From: Polyangiaceae bacterium
GTDB lineage: Bacteria > Myxococcota_A > Polyangia > Polyangiales > Polyangiaceae
Assembly (NCBI GenBank): GCA_035063585.1
Contig: JAPSGB010000029.1
Span: forward strand, 1-60,381
Length of the DNA stretch: 60,381 nt
Direction of reading: 5' to 3'
Below the pieces are notes generated by a model. The model did not search any database. It worked only from the letters and a program-made list of their open reading frames with translations, and had not been told where the DNA came from. Both the position numbers and the translations under genes were made by a program. Of this stretch, positions 9,014 through 18,086 are shown piece after piece (the stretch's first letter is position 1; every line of letters begins with the position of its first letter).

Positions 9014-9184
9014 TCATATCGCGGCGGCAGCGGCATCCGGGGCCGCGGCGAGTGGACTCGGCACACGGCGACGGCGCCGTGCGACCGCCGCGAGCGAGTC
9101 ACGCAGCGATTTCGCTCGCTTGCCGCCGTCGGTCGCGATTGTGAAGAAGTCTCGGAAGGAATCTTCGCGTAGGTCGTTCGCCAT
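9014..9184 (-). CDS. Putative 56-aa small ORF (MANDLREDSFRDFFTIATDGGK...), possibly a gene remnant
   Basis: Extended SD GGAGGTGAT directly before ATG, in a lower-GC intergenic region upstream of cas3. Confidence 0.4.
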   Translation of the reverse strand: MANDLREDSFRDFFTIATDGGKRAKSLRDSLAAVARRRRRVPSPLAAAPDAAAAAI

Positions 9185-9608
9185 GATCACCTCCGGCGCC
9201 GTCGCACGATAGCGTGCGGGGCGCTCTCGAACAGGCCGAGGGACATTGATTCGCTTCGAAACCGCATCATGCGCCAGAGCGGAAGTGATGCTGATGCCAG
9301 ACCCTCGAATAATGCTGGCCGCATGGGCCCGCTTGCAAGCCCAATGTTCGCCGGTGTGACAAGCTAGGTCACCCGCCTCGGCGCCCCCATTTCTCGTTCG
9401 CGCGCGTGCGGCTTCCCTCGCTCCTCTCGCGAAGCGGTCGAGAGCCGCCGGTGAAGGACGTCCCCGGCCAAGTTTGAGTAGCCGCGCCGAACCGGCAAGA
9501 ATCCCGGGAGAAGGAGGGGCGGGCGGGCCGGACGGCGGCGGCTTGCGCTCTGGCCCGAGAGGGGATATTTCGTGTGCGAAACATTCGGGCGCGAAGGAGT
9601 CGAGAGCG

Positions 9609-11171
9609 ATGAACATGCGCGAGGCGGTGAAGGAGCTCGAGGCGCGGCGCGAGCGGATCCGGCAGATGGGCGGGCCCGCCAAGGTGGAGAAGCAGCACGC
9701 GCGCGGCAAGCTCACCGCGCGCGAACGCATGAGCGACTTCTTCGACGACGGCGCCTACTTCGAGGTCGGCATGCACGGCCGCGCGATGGGGCTCGCCGGC
9801 GAGAGCGACGACACGCCGGCGGACGGCGTCATCTGCGGCTTCGGCAAGGTCGACGGGCGGATGGTGTGCGCGGCCGCGTATGACTTCACGGTCAAGGGCG
9901 GCAGCATCGGCCCGACCGGCGAGGAGAAGGTGACGCGCCTCCGGAAGATGGCGCTCCAGGGGCGCTGGCCGATGGTGTGGTTCATCGACTCGGCCGGCGC
10001 GCGGATCGATCCGTCGGCGGGGCACCACGCCGACACGCTCAGCACCTTCGCCGCCTCGGGGCACCTCTTCCGCGAGCAGGTCATCATGAGCGGCGTCGTG
10101 CCGCAGGTGGCGGCGATGGTGGGCCCGGGCGCCGCGGGCACCGCCTACATCCCGGGGCTCGCCGACTTCGTGCCGATGGTGAAAGACATCGGCTCGATGG
10201 CGCTCGGCGGCCCGCCGCTCGTGAAGGCGGTGACCGGGCAGGAGATCCAGGAGCAGGAGCTCGGTGGCTCGAAGGTGCACACGACGGTGAGCGGCGTCGG
10301 CGACGCTGAGGTGAAGGACGACCGGGAGTGCGTCGCGCTGGTGCGGAAGTATCTCTCCTTCTTCCCCTCGAACTGCGACGAGCCGCCGCCCGTGCGCGCC
10401 TCGAGCGATCCCGTCGAGCGGCGCGAGGAGTCGCTGCTCGACCTCCTGCCGGAGAGCACGCGGCAGGCCTACGACATGTACGCGCTCATCCGCGCCATCG
10501 TCGACGACGGCGACTACCTCGACGTGAAGCCGAAGTTCGGGCGCAGCATCATCACCTGCCTCGCGCGCATCGGCGGGCGCCCGGTCGGCATCGTCGCGAA
10601 CCAGCCGAAGCAGCTCGGCGGCGTGCTCGAGAACGACTCGAGCGACAAGGCCGCCAAGTTCATTCAGATCCTGGACGCCTTCAACCTCCCCATCGTCTTT
10701 CTCGAAGACGTGCCAGGCTTCATGGTCGGCTCCAAGGTCGAGCACGCGGGGATCATCCGGCACGGCGCGAAGTTCCTGCACGCGATGAGCGCGGCGACCG
10801 TGCCCAAGCTCACGGTCATCGTGCGAAAGGCCTACGGCGCCGGGTACTACGTCATGTGCGGGCGCGCCTACGAGCCGGATCTCATCGTCGCGTGGCCGGG
10901 CGCGGAGGTGAGCGTGATGGGCGCCGAGGGGATGGTCGGCATCGCGGGGCGCAAGCTCTTCGGCGGCGCGGAGCCGGACCCGGCCATCAAGAAGCAGTTC
11001 GTGGAGCTCATCCAAGCGAACATCGACATCTACAAGGTCGCCGGCTGGGCCTACGTCGACGACGTCATCGATCCGCGCGATACGCGGCGCGTCCTCGCCT
11101 GGGGCCTCGAGCTCGCGAGCCACCGCAAGGTCGAGCGCCCGGCGAAGAAGCGCGGGATCTTGCCGGTCTGA
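9609..11171 (+). CDS. Acyl-CoA carboxylase carboxyltransferase beta subunit (PccB-like)
   Basis: 'GKLTARER', 'DFTVKGGSIG', 'DSAGARI', 'IVANQP', 'DVPGFMVG', 'RKAYGAGY', 'DDVIDPRDTR'; AAGGAG SD. Confidence 0.93.
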   Translation: MNMREAVKELEARRERIRQMGGPAKVEKQHARGKLTARERMSDFFDDGAYFEVGMHGRAMGLAGESDDTPADGVICGFGKVDGRMVCAAAYDFTVKGGSIGPTGEEKVTRLRKMALQGRWPMVWFIDSAGARIDPSAGHHADTLSTFAASGHLFREQVIMSGVVPQVAAMVGPGAAGTAYIPGLADFVPMVKDIGSMALGGPPLVKAVTGQEIQEQELGGSKVHTTVSGVGDAEVKDDRECVALVRKYLSFFPSNCDEPPPVRASSDPVERREESLLDLLPESTRQAYDMYALIRAIVDDGDYLDVKPKFGRSIITCLARIGGRPVGIVANQPKQLGGVLENDSSDKAAKFIQILDAFNLPIVFLEDVPGFMVGSKVEHAGIIRHGAKFLHAMSAATVPKLTVIVRKAYGAGYYVMCGRAYEPDLIVAWPGAEVSVMGAEGMVGIAGRKLFGGAEPDPAIKKQFVELIQANIDIYKVAGWAYVDDVIDPRDTRRVLAWGLELASHRKVERPAKKRGILPV

Positions 11172-11227
11172 GCGCGCGGCGGAAGCGCGCGCGCGCGCCG
11201 AGCGTTCGAGCCCAGGGTCGCGCCAGG

Positions 11228-11255
11228 TTGACGAACGAGGGCACGGGTGTAAGGT
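11228..11255 (+). promoter_or_regulatory. Sigma70-like promoter TTGACG-16-TAAGGT, 8 nt before ATG (leaderless-type)
   Basis: Motif match; no SD before ATG at 11264. Confidence 0.6.
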
Positions 11256-11263
11256 TCCGGGCC

Positions 11264-11566
11264 ATGATGACTCCGCTCCTGACTCGTTCGCTCATCGGTG
11301 CATTCGTCGCGGCTGGGCTCGTGCTCGGCCTCCCCGTCTCCGCCTCGGCGACGCCGAGCCAGTCGCCCTCGGCGCTCTGCGGCGGCGAGAAGGACGGCAA
11401 GAAGAAGAAGCAAGGCGAGCAGGATCCCTCGGCGCTCTGCGGCGGCGAGAAGGACGGCAAGAAGAAGAAGCAAGGCGAGCAGGATCCCTCGGCGCTCTGC
11501 GGCGGCGAGAAGGACGGCAAGAAGAAGAAGCAAGGCGAGCACGATCCGTCCGTCCTCGTGCGCTGA
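11264..11566 (+). CDS. 100-aa secreted protein with three 20-aa PSALCGGEKDGKKKKQGE(Q/H)D repeats
   Basis: Signal peptide ending ASA, followed by tandem Cys/Lys-rich repeats; has its own promoter. Confidence 0.8.
   Translation: MMTPLLTRSLIGAFVAAGLVLGLPVSASATPSQSPSALCGGEKDGKKKKQGEQDPSALCGGEKDGKKKKQGEQDPSALCGGEKDGKKKKQGEHDPSVLVR
11366..11545 (+). repeat. 3 x 60-bp coding tandem repeat
   Basis: Units at 11366, 11426 and 11486, identical except one base in the third. Confidence 0.97.
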
Positions 11567-11690
11567 GCCCGCGGAGCCCGCCGCCGCGCGCGCCTCGACC
11601 GCGCGCGACGGCGGAGCCACCGGCGCGCCCCGTCCGGGCTAGGGGAGGGAGGGGTCGGGGCGGCGCGGTTCCGCGCCGGGCCAAAATCCC

Positions 11691-13082
11691 TCACTCGAGG
11701 TGGACGTAAGCGTCGTAGTCGCCGTTCCCTGGCGTGAAATAGCTCGAGGCCCGGATGACGACGTAATACGTGCCGGCCGCGAGCGGGCTCGAGAGCGCGT
11801 CCTCGTGGTAGCCGGAGTCGTCGCTCGGGCCGTCGACGGTGGTCACGCCGTCGCTCTCGAAGAGCTCGACCACCGCGTCGGTCAGCGGATCGCCCGGCAG
11901 GGTGCGGACGTGCGCGCTCTTGCCGGCGTCCGCCGCCGCGACCGTGAACGTGAACCAGTCTTCGTCGGCCGCGCTCGCGAGCGAGGCCTTCTGGATGACG
12001 AAGGGGAGCGTGAGCGCCTTGGCGTTCGCGGCGCCGCCGTTCGGCTCGGCCTCGCCGCCCCCGGTCGCGGGGTACTCGCTCACGCGGAGCGCGGCGGCGT
12101 AGCCCGAGCTCCCGCTGTTGTCCCAGTAGACGAGCTTCAGCTCCGGCGAGGCGCCCGTCGCGATGCCGACGCTCGCGCCGGCGGAGAGCAGATCGGCGAA
12201 GCGACCCGACTCACCGAGGAGGTAGAGCTGCGGGTTGGCGTTCAGCTCCGAGCTGGAGACCGAAGCCTCGACGATGCGGAGCCCTGCGCCCGGCGTCACC
12301 GCGAAGAGCTTGGAGTCGTAGGGCGCGTCCACCGCGACGCTCGCGGCGGCTCCCGCCGTGAGCGCCTCGGGCGCGCGCGCCGCGACGTCGATCGCGGCGG
12401 GGTTCGGGAAGCTCGTGCGGGCGCCCGCCGGGCCGCTCAACACGTCGAGGCTGGTCGGACCGGCGGGCGCGTCCGCGTCGATGATGAGCACCGCGCCGAG
12501 CGAGTACGCCCCCGCGCTCTCGAGCTGCGCGGCGACGCCCGACTCGGTGCCGAGCGTGAGGTTCGGGTAGGTGATGGGCGTGAAGAGCCCGTCGCCCTCG
12601 GTGGTCGTGTCGTACGGGCGGAGCACGTCGAGGTTGTTCACCTTGGCCACGACGATCGAGCCCTGCGCCACGGTGCCCTCGGTGACGATGCTGGTCGGCG
12701 CGAGCACGCGGAACGCGCCGCGGTAGGCGAGCGGCTCGCCGCCCTCGCCGCTCACCGTGACGTCGCGGAGCCCGACCGGCGCGTCGAAGGCGACCTCGAT
12801 GTCGGCGACCAGCGCGGTCGGGCTCGCGACGACGACCGACTTCACGGTCACGCCGGGGCCGAACTCGGGAGTGGTACCGTCTCCCCACTGCGTCCCGTTG
12901 CCGCTCACCGTGACCGTGGCGCTCCCGCCGAGGAACGCGCTCGCGGGGAGCACGGCGCTCACGCTCGGCGGGCCGCCGAGGCCGGCCGGGCCGCGCGCGC
13001 CGTCGGCGCCGGTGCAGCCGAGCGCGAGCGCGGAGAGCGCGAGGGACGAGCAGCGGAATACGAACGATGAAAAGATGGTCAT
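11691..13082 (-). CDS. Lipoprotein with Ig/IPT-like domain and C-terminal PPC-like domain
   Basis: Lipobox LALGC; 'PSVSAVLP...VTVSG...GLRDVTV'; 'EAEPNG...DEDWFTF...AGTYYVVI'. Confidence 0.75.
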   Translation of the reverse strand: MTIFSSFVFRCSSLALSALALGCTGADGARGPAGLGGPPSVSAVLPASAFLGGSATVTVSGNGTQWGDGTTPEFGPGVTVKSVVVASPTALVADIEVAFDAPVGLRDVTVSGEGGEPLAYRGAFRVLAPTSIVTEGTVAQGSIVVAKVNNLDVLRPYDTTTEGDGLFTPITYPNLTLGTESGVAAQLESAGAYSLGAVLIIDADAPAGPTSLDVLSGPAGARTSFPNPAAIDVAARAPEALTAGAAASVAVDAPYDSKLFAVTPGAGLRIVEASVSSSELNANPQLYLLGESGRFADLLSAGASVGIATGASPELKLVYWDNSGSSGYAAALRVSEYPATGGGEAEPNGGAANAKALTLPFVIQKASLASAADEDWFTFTVAAADAGKSAHVRTLPGDPLTDAVVELFESDGVTTVDGPSDDSGYHEDALSSPLAAGTYYVVIRASSYFTPGNGDYDAYVHLE

Positions 13083-13083
13083 T

Positions 13084-13761
13084 TTACTTTACCTCGAGCT
13101 TTGCGCGCAGGATCCAGTCGCCTTCCACACCGAGCGTGCTCGCCTCCTGCCACGCCCCGCCCGTGTAGATGTAGTTACGGTCGGGGGTGAGCCCGTCGCT
13201 GTCGCGCCCGATCGAGGGCGCGCCGGCGTGGGTGACGTGACAGAGCGCGATCGCGAACGGCGCGCCGTCGCGATCGGTGAGCTTCAGGCTGTCGAGCGGG
13301 ATCTCGCTGAGCACGTCCGAGGCGCCGGTGAGCGTCACGCGTGTCCGCGCGAGCTCGGTGGTGGGCTTGCCGGAGCCGTCGACGTCGAGCACCGCGAGGT
13401 CGAAGTCGGCGGCGCCACCGTCGCCGCCGCCGATGAGCACCAGCGCGCTCTTCGGCTCGAAGGTGCACGCGCTCGGCGTGAACGTGCTCGCGAAGCACTC
13501 GCCGATCGCGAAGCCGCCCTGGAAGCCCACCTGCGAGCCGTTGGCGAAGCCGTCGTTGCGGAGCGTGACCTCGCCCTCGGCGCAGCCGCCCGCGGCCCCC
13601 GCCGCGCCTGCGCGCCCCGCCGCGCCCGCGCTCCCCGCTGCGCCCGCGCTCCCCGCCGCGCCGCTCGCGTCGTCGTCGGCGCTGCACGCGCCGAGCAGCG
13701 CGCCCGCCAGCCCGAGCGTCAAGAATACCCAGCGCCGTCCGGCGCACCCCAAGTGCTTCAT
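13084..13761 (-). CDS. Hypothetical lipoprotein with Gly/Ala linker
   Basis: Lipobox LLGAC; GAAGSA repeats; TTGACG-17-CACGCT promoter 6 nt before ATG; 1-nt gap to the next gene. Confidence 0.75.
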   Translation of the reverse strand: MKHLGCAGRRWVFLTLGLAGALLGACSADDDASGAAGSAGAAGSAGAAGRAGAAGAAGGCAEGEVTLRNDGFANGSQVGFQGGFAIGECFASTFTPSACTFEPKSALVLIGGGDGGAADFDLAVLDVDGSGKPTTELARTRVTLTGASDVLSEIPLDSLKLTDRDGAPFAIALCHVTHAGAPSIGRDSDGLTPDRNYIYTGGAWQEASTLGVEGDWILRAKLEVK

Positions 13762-13881
13762 GCGGCGAGCGTGCCGGGGCGCGGGCTGGCCGTCAATCGA
13801 GTGCGATGCGGGTGGCGGCCCGGCCCGGTGGCCCGCGCGGCCTTGGCGCGCGCGAGCTCCCGCGTCTACGCTAGGCGCGCC

Positions 13882-14295
13882 GTGTATCAGAACGACATCA
13901 TCAAGCGCGCCATCGAGCAGACCGCGATCATGCTCTCGCGCATCGCCCACCACAAACGCGAGGGCGAGCTCGACGAGGCGCGCGCCGAGCTCGACGCGGC
14001 CTACGCGAAGCTCCTCCGCATCGACCGGGCGAGCTTCGAGTCGGTGGACTCTCGCACCGCCGCGGGGCTCGTCGGCCCGGCGCCGGCGGTCCGCAACGTC
14101 GCGCGGCTCTGCCGGCTCGAGGCGGAGCTCCTCGACGACGCGGGCGAGCCGGTGCGCGCGAGCCTCAAGCGCCGCCGCGCGCTCGAGCTCCTCCTCGAGG
14201 CCGAGCGGCTCGAGCCGTCGACCGCCGACCGCGCCGAGCTCGACGAGCTCCGAGCCGTGGTGCCCGCGGAGCGCCTGGCCGCGCGCTACCGCTGA
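13882..14295 (+). CDS. Hypothetical helical protein (DUF6483-like N-terminus 'YQNDIIKRAIEQ')
   Basis: Coding-like codon usage from GTG; TACGCT 9 nt upstream; family call is tentative. Confidence 0.65.
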   Translation: MYQNDIIKRAIEQTAIMLSRIAHHKREGELDEARAELDAAYAKLLRIDRASFESVDSRTAAGLVGPAPAVRNVARLCRLEAELLDDAGEPVRASLKRRRALELLLEAERLEPSTADRAELDELRAVVPAERLAARYR

Positions 14296-14301
14296 GCTCG
14301 C

Positions 14302-15429
14302 TCAGCGCGGCGCGCTCGGCTCGGAGCCGGTCCGCGCCATCACGACGCGCATGGCGCGCTTGCGGAGCAGGGGCTCGTCACCGACGCGGATCCGGAGCGC
14401 GCCCGGGCGCGCCGACGCCACCCGCCCGGTGAAGGCGTCGAGTCCGTAGTCTTCGCCGCTCTCGGTCGCGTCGAGGCGCGCGTGAATGAGGTAGAGGCCG
14501 GGCGCGGAGAACGTTCCGCGCGGGCAGAGCTCCACCAGGCGGCTGGTGAGCGCGAGCGAGCCGCCGGGCGCGAGGTGGGTGAAGGCCTGTCGGTCCGGCG
14601 CGCGGCCGTCGGGGTCCGGATCGCACGTCGAGAGGCCGTCGGGGCCCATCACCTCGAAGCTGAGGAGATCGCGCCGGAGATAGACGACGACCGCGCGCTT
14701 CGAGCGGTTCTTGAGGCGCACCTCGACCGTCGCGGTCCGCTCGACGTCGGCGTCGGAGCCGCGCACCACGCGGAGCTCGAGCGGGCCCGTATCCTTCTTG
14801 GCGGTGTCCTGGGCGATGCGCGTGCTCGACCACTCCGCGTAGGTGGAGCGAAGCGCGAAGGGCGCGCCGTCGAGCTCACGCTCGCCCTGCTCGGGCTCGC
14901 TCGAGGCGCCGCCTGCGTCGCCCTCGACGACCGTCGCGGCCACGAAGGGCGGCTTCTGCGGGAGCGGCTCCTCGACGGCTCTCCCGCCGCGCCACACGCG
15001 GCGCGTCCGCTTCGGCCAGCCAAAGTGCGGAGTGACCAGCGCTCCCGGCACGAGCTTCCACTGGCCGCCGGCCGCGAAGCAGTAGAGCCGCGGATCGAAC
15101 GATTTGCTGACGCCCTCACCGGGCGCGAGCGTCACCCAGCTCGACGCGGCCGGCTCGGAGGGCCGAAGCTCGGCGGGGAGCGCGCAGGTCTCGGTCGCCT
15201 TCTTGCCGGGGACTCGGACGTCGAGGCGCAGCAGGCGGGGATCGGCCGCGAGGCGCGCCGGGCTGCCGCCGGCGTTCACGATCGACAGGCGCCACGGGAG
15301 CCCCGGGCCGCGCTCGCTCACCTCGAGGCGGAGCCCGGTGGGCGCGGCGGGCGGCGGCTCGGCGCGGGCGGACGCGACCGCGGAGCACGCGAGGCCGAGG
15401 GTGGCAGCGGCGGCGAGCCTCCGAGACAT
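14302..15429 (-). CDS. Hypothetical secreted protein with two similar beta-rich modules
   Basis: Signal peptide 'MSRRLAAAATLGLACSAVASARA'; two segments of the form 'LAPG...L..xC...PGxY/AL'. Confidence 0.7.
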   Translation of the reverse strand: MSRRLAAAATLGLACSAVASARAEPPPAAPTGLRLEVSERGPGLPWRLSIVNAGGSPARLAADPRLLRLDVRVPGKKATETCALPAELRPSEPAASSWVTLAPGEGVSKSFDPRLYCFAAGGQWKLVPGALVTPHFGWPKRTRRVWRGGRAVEEPLPQKPPFVAATVVEGDAGGASSEPEQGERELDGAPFALRSTYAEWSSTRIAQDTAKKDTGPLELRVVRGSDADVERTATVEVRLKNRSKRAVVVYLRRDLLSFEVMGPDGLSTCDPDPDGRAPDRQAFTHLAPGGSLALTSRLVELCPRGTFSAPGLYLIHARLDATESGEDYGLDAFTGRVASARPGALRIRVGDEPLLRKRAMRVVMARTGSEPSAPR

Positions 15430-15511
15430 GAGCCGAGAGGTACCACACGCGCGCCCGGTCGTCGCCCGCGCGTGAGTCACGGAGCCCCGCCCGCGCTATC
15501 CTCGGGCCGGG

Positions 15512-16156
15512 ATGCGCGAGCTCTACGCCATCATCGATCTCGACAGCCTCCGCGCCCGCGGCCTCGATCCGCGTGCGTTCGCCGAGTCGCTGCTCGCGGC
15601 GCGCCCGCCGCTCGTGCAGCTCCGCGCCAAGCAGGCCTCGCCGCGCGAGACGCTCGAGCTGCTCGCCTGGCTGCGCGAGCGAACGCGCGCGGTGGGCGCG
15701 CGACTCTTCGCCAACGATCGCCCGGATCTCGCGCTCGCCGCCGACTGCGACGGCGTGCACGTCGGGCAGCACGACCTCCCGGTGAGCGCGGTCCGGCGCA
15801 TCGCGCCCGGGCTCGCGGTCGGCGTCTCGACTCACACCGTGGCCGAGCTCGAGGCGGCGCTTGCCGAGCGCCCGGACTACGTCGCGTTCGGGCCGATCTA
15901 CGCGACGCGCTCGAAAGCGAACCCCGACGCGGTGATCGGCGTCGAGGGGCTCGCCCGCGCGGCCGAGCGGGCGCGCCGCGCGCGCGTCCCGCTCTGCGCG
16001 ATCGGCGGCATCGACGCTGCCCGCCTGCGCGAGCTCGCGCCCCACGCCGAGCTGGTCGCCGTCATCGGCGCGCTCCTGCCGCGCGGCGGCGAGGTGAGCG
16101 AGGTCGCCGCCCTGGCGCGCGGCCTGATGGCCGAGCTCGCCGGAGCCGCGTCGTGA
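15512..16156 (+). CDS. thiE: Thiamine-phosphate synthase
   Basis: 'LYAI', 'QLRAK', 'NDRPDLA', 'GVHVGQHD', 'GVSTH', 'DYVAFGPIYATRSK', 'AIGGI'. Confidence 0.92.
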   Translation: MRELYAIIDLDSLRARGLDPRAFAESLLAARPPLVQLRAKQASPRETLELLAWLRERTRAVGARLFANDRPDLALAADCDGVHVGQHDLPVSAVRRIAPGLAVGVSTHTVAELEAALAERPDYVAFGPIYATRSKANPDAVIGVEGLARAAERARRARVPLCAIGGIDAARLRELAPHAELVAVIGALLPRGGEVSEVAALARGLMAELAGAAS

Positions 16157-16740
16157 GCCTGCTGGTCGCCGCGCTGCTCGCCGGGGCGGGCGCGCTCTCG
16201 GCCGGCGCGCTCGGGCTCCGCGCGCTCCGTCGCCGGCGCGCCGCGCCGGGCGCCGGCGATTCCCCACGGACCTCGGCCGCGGAGCCGGCGGGCGCGCTCG
16301 CCGGCGCGGGCTTCGCGGTGGAGGCCGGCGAGGTGATCTCGCTCGCCGGTCGCGAGTACTGGCTCGAGCACGCCTGGCTCTGTCGCGAGCGTGAGGAGCC
16401 GGTCGCGGCCATCCTCTTCGCGGCGGAGGCGACCGTGGTGGCGCTGCCCGCGCCGCGCTCGACGCTCTATCGGCTCGCGCGCGTCGAGGTGGAGGCGCCG
16501 CCCGAGCCGCCCTCGACGCTCGACTCGCGCGGCGTGCGCTTCGAGCGGGCGTCGCGCCGTCCGGTGCGGCTCACCGCGACGCCGGCCGCGCCGGACCCGC
16601 CCTTCGAAGAGGCCGTGCTCGCGGAGTATCGCGCGCTCGGCGGCGCGTCCCTCTGGATGCTCGCGCGCGCCGGAGCCGCGCTGGCCTGGCAGGGCGAGCG
16701 CGTCGCGGATGGTGAGCTCGAGCGTTGGGGTCAGGGCTGA
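16153..16740 (+). CDS. Hypothetical membrane-anchored protein
   Basis: GTGA overlap with the thiE stop; N-terminal hydrophobic helix followed by a basic stretch. Confidence 0.65.
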   Translation: MSLLVAALLAGAGALSAGALGLRALRRRRAAPGAGDSPRTSAAEPAGALAGAGFAVEAGEVISLAGREYWLEHAWLCREREEPVAAILFAAEATVVALPAPRSTLYRLARVEVEAPPEPPSTLDSRGVRFERASRRPVRLTATPAAPDPPFEEAVLAEYRALGGASLWMLARAGAALAWQGERVADGELERWGQG

Positions 16741-16804
16741 GGGATGAGGGCTCGGCGCGGCCGGCGGCGCGCGCGTCTGCGAGTCGCTGTGATATCATGG
16801 GCGA

Positions 16805-18073
16805 ATGATGACGCGCTCGCTCGCGGTGATCTCATGCTTGTCGGTGTTCGCGTGCGCCTCGTCGGTCGCCGATGACACCGCCGGCTCCGGCGGAGGGCCC
16901 GGGAGCGGCGGCGCCGACGCCGGGGCGAATGACGCGGCGGGCGGCGCAAGCGGCGCGAGCGGCGCCGGCGCGACCGGCGGGGGAGCTGGGACGGGGACGT
17001 GGCCCGGCATGTGCGCCAATGGCGAGGTCGCCGAGTGCTATACGGGCCCGGCGGGCACGAAGGACGTCGGGGCGTGCCGCCACGGCACGCACACCTGTGT
17101 GGAAGGCGAGTATCCGCCGACCTGCGACGGCGAGGTGCTGCCCGCCGCCGCCGAGGCGTGCAACGGCGTCGACGACGACTGCGACGGGACGGTGGACGAG
17201 GGCTGCGCTTGTTCCGATGGGCAAACCCTCCCGTGTTACGTCGGCCCGGCCGGCACCGAGGGCGTCGGGCCGTGCAAGGGCGGCGTGCAGACCTGCGCGG
17301 GGGGCGTGTGGGGCGCCTGCGCCGGGACGGTGCTGCCGAGCGCGGAGAGCTGCAACGGCGCGGACGACGACTGCAACGGCGTGATCGACGACAAGGCCGG
17401 GCTGCGGCTCTATTCGATGCCCTTCGGCGGCTCGGGGTGGACCTCCCAGTACCTCTCCGACGCCTGGACGGGGCCGAACGCGCCGCCCCGCTGCGCGGAC
17501 ATCATGGTCACCGAGCAGCTCACCGACATCGGTCGGCTGCTCGTCTTCACGACGGACGGGCAGCTCTACACGAGGGCGAACGGGACGTGGCGGCCGCCGC
17601 TGCCCGCGGCGTCGCGGTTCCCGAGCCTGCCGTCGAACGTCGAGGGCGTGTACCAGGTCCCATCCTCGTTCAATGATCCGGCGGCCAGGGGCGCGACCGT
17701 GACGTTCAGCGCGCGGCCGTACGCGTACCTCTACGACTACGATCAGAACGACGTCGCGACGTTCGGAGAGCGGGTCGAGATGAAGGACGGAACCTCCGGA
17801 GGCGGCCCGAACCAGCACGACTGGGAGTCCCTCTGGACGGTCGGTCAGTGGAGCTCGGACGGGGTCAACGACCGGTGGTTCAACGTCTATTTCGGCTACG
17901 GCGGCGGCGGAGCCGGGAAAGTCTACGTCTACCACGAGACGGGCGGGTGGACGAGCTCGACTACGGCGGCGAGCGCGCTCTGGTCCGGCAAGTCCAATCC
18001 GCCGCCGCTCACCGGCTGTATCGACGGCTACGCGGACCAGAGCCCGAGCACCGCGTACCTCGTCTGCCCCTGA
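16805..18073 (+). CDS. Cys-rich lipoprotein with CNGxDDDCxG (MopE-related/putative metal-binding) repeats
   Basis: Lipobox VFAC; two 'CYxGPAGT..VG.C.GG..TC...E.CNG.DDDC' modules typical of myxobacteria. Confidence 0.85.
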   Translation: MMTRSLAVISCLSVFACASSVADDTAGSGGGPGSGGADAGANDAAGGASGASGAGATGGGAGTGTWPGMCANGEVAECYTGPAGTKDVGACRHGTHTCVEGEYPPTCDGEVLPAAAEACNGVDDDCDGTVDEGCACSDGQTLPCYVGPAGTEGVGPCKGGVQTCAGGVWGACAGTVLPSAESCNGADDDCNGVIDDKAGLRLYSMPFGGSGWTSQYLSDAWTGPNAPPRCADIMVTEQLTDIGRLLVFTTDGQLYTRANGTWRPPLPAASRFPSLPSNVEGVYQVPSSFNDPAARGATVTFSARPYAYLYDYDQNDVATFGERVEMKDGTSGGGPNQHDWESLWTVGQWSSDGVNDRWFNVYFGYGGGGAGKVYVYHETGGWTSSTTAASALWSGKSNPPPLTGCIDGYADQSPSTAYLVCP

Positions 18074-18086
18074 GCCGCGCGCGCCG

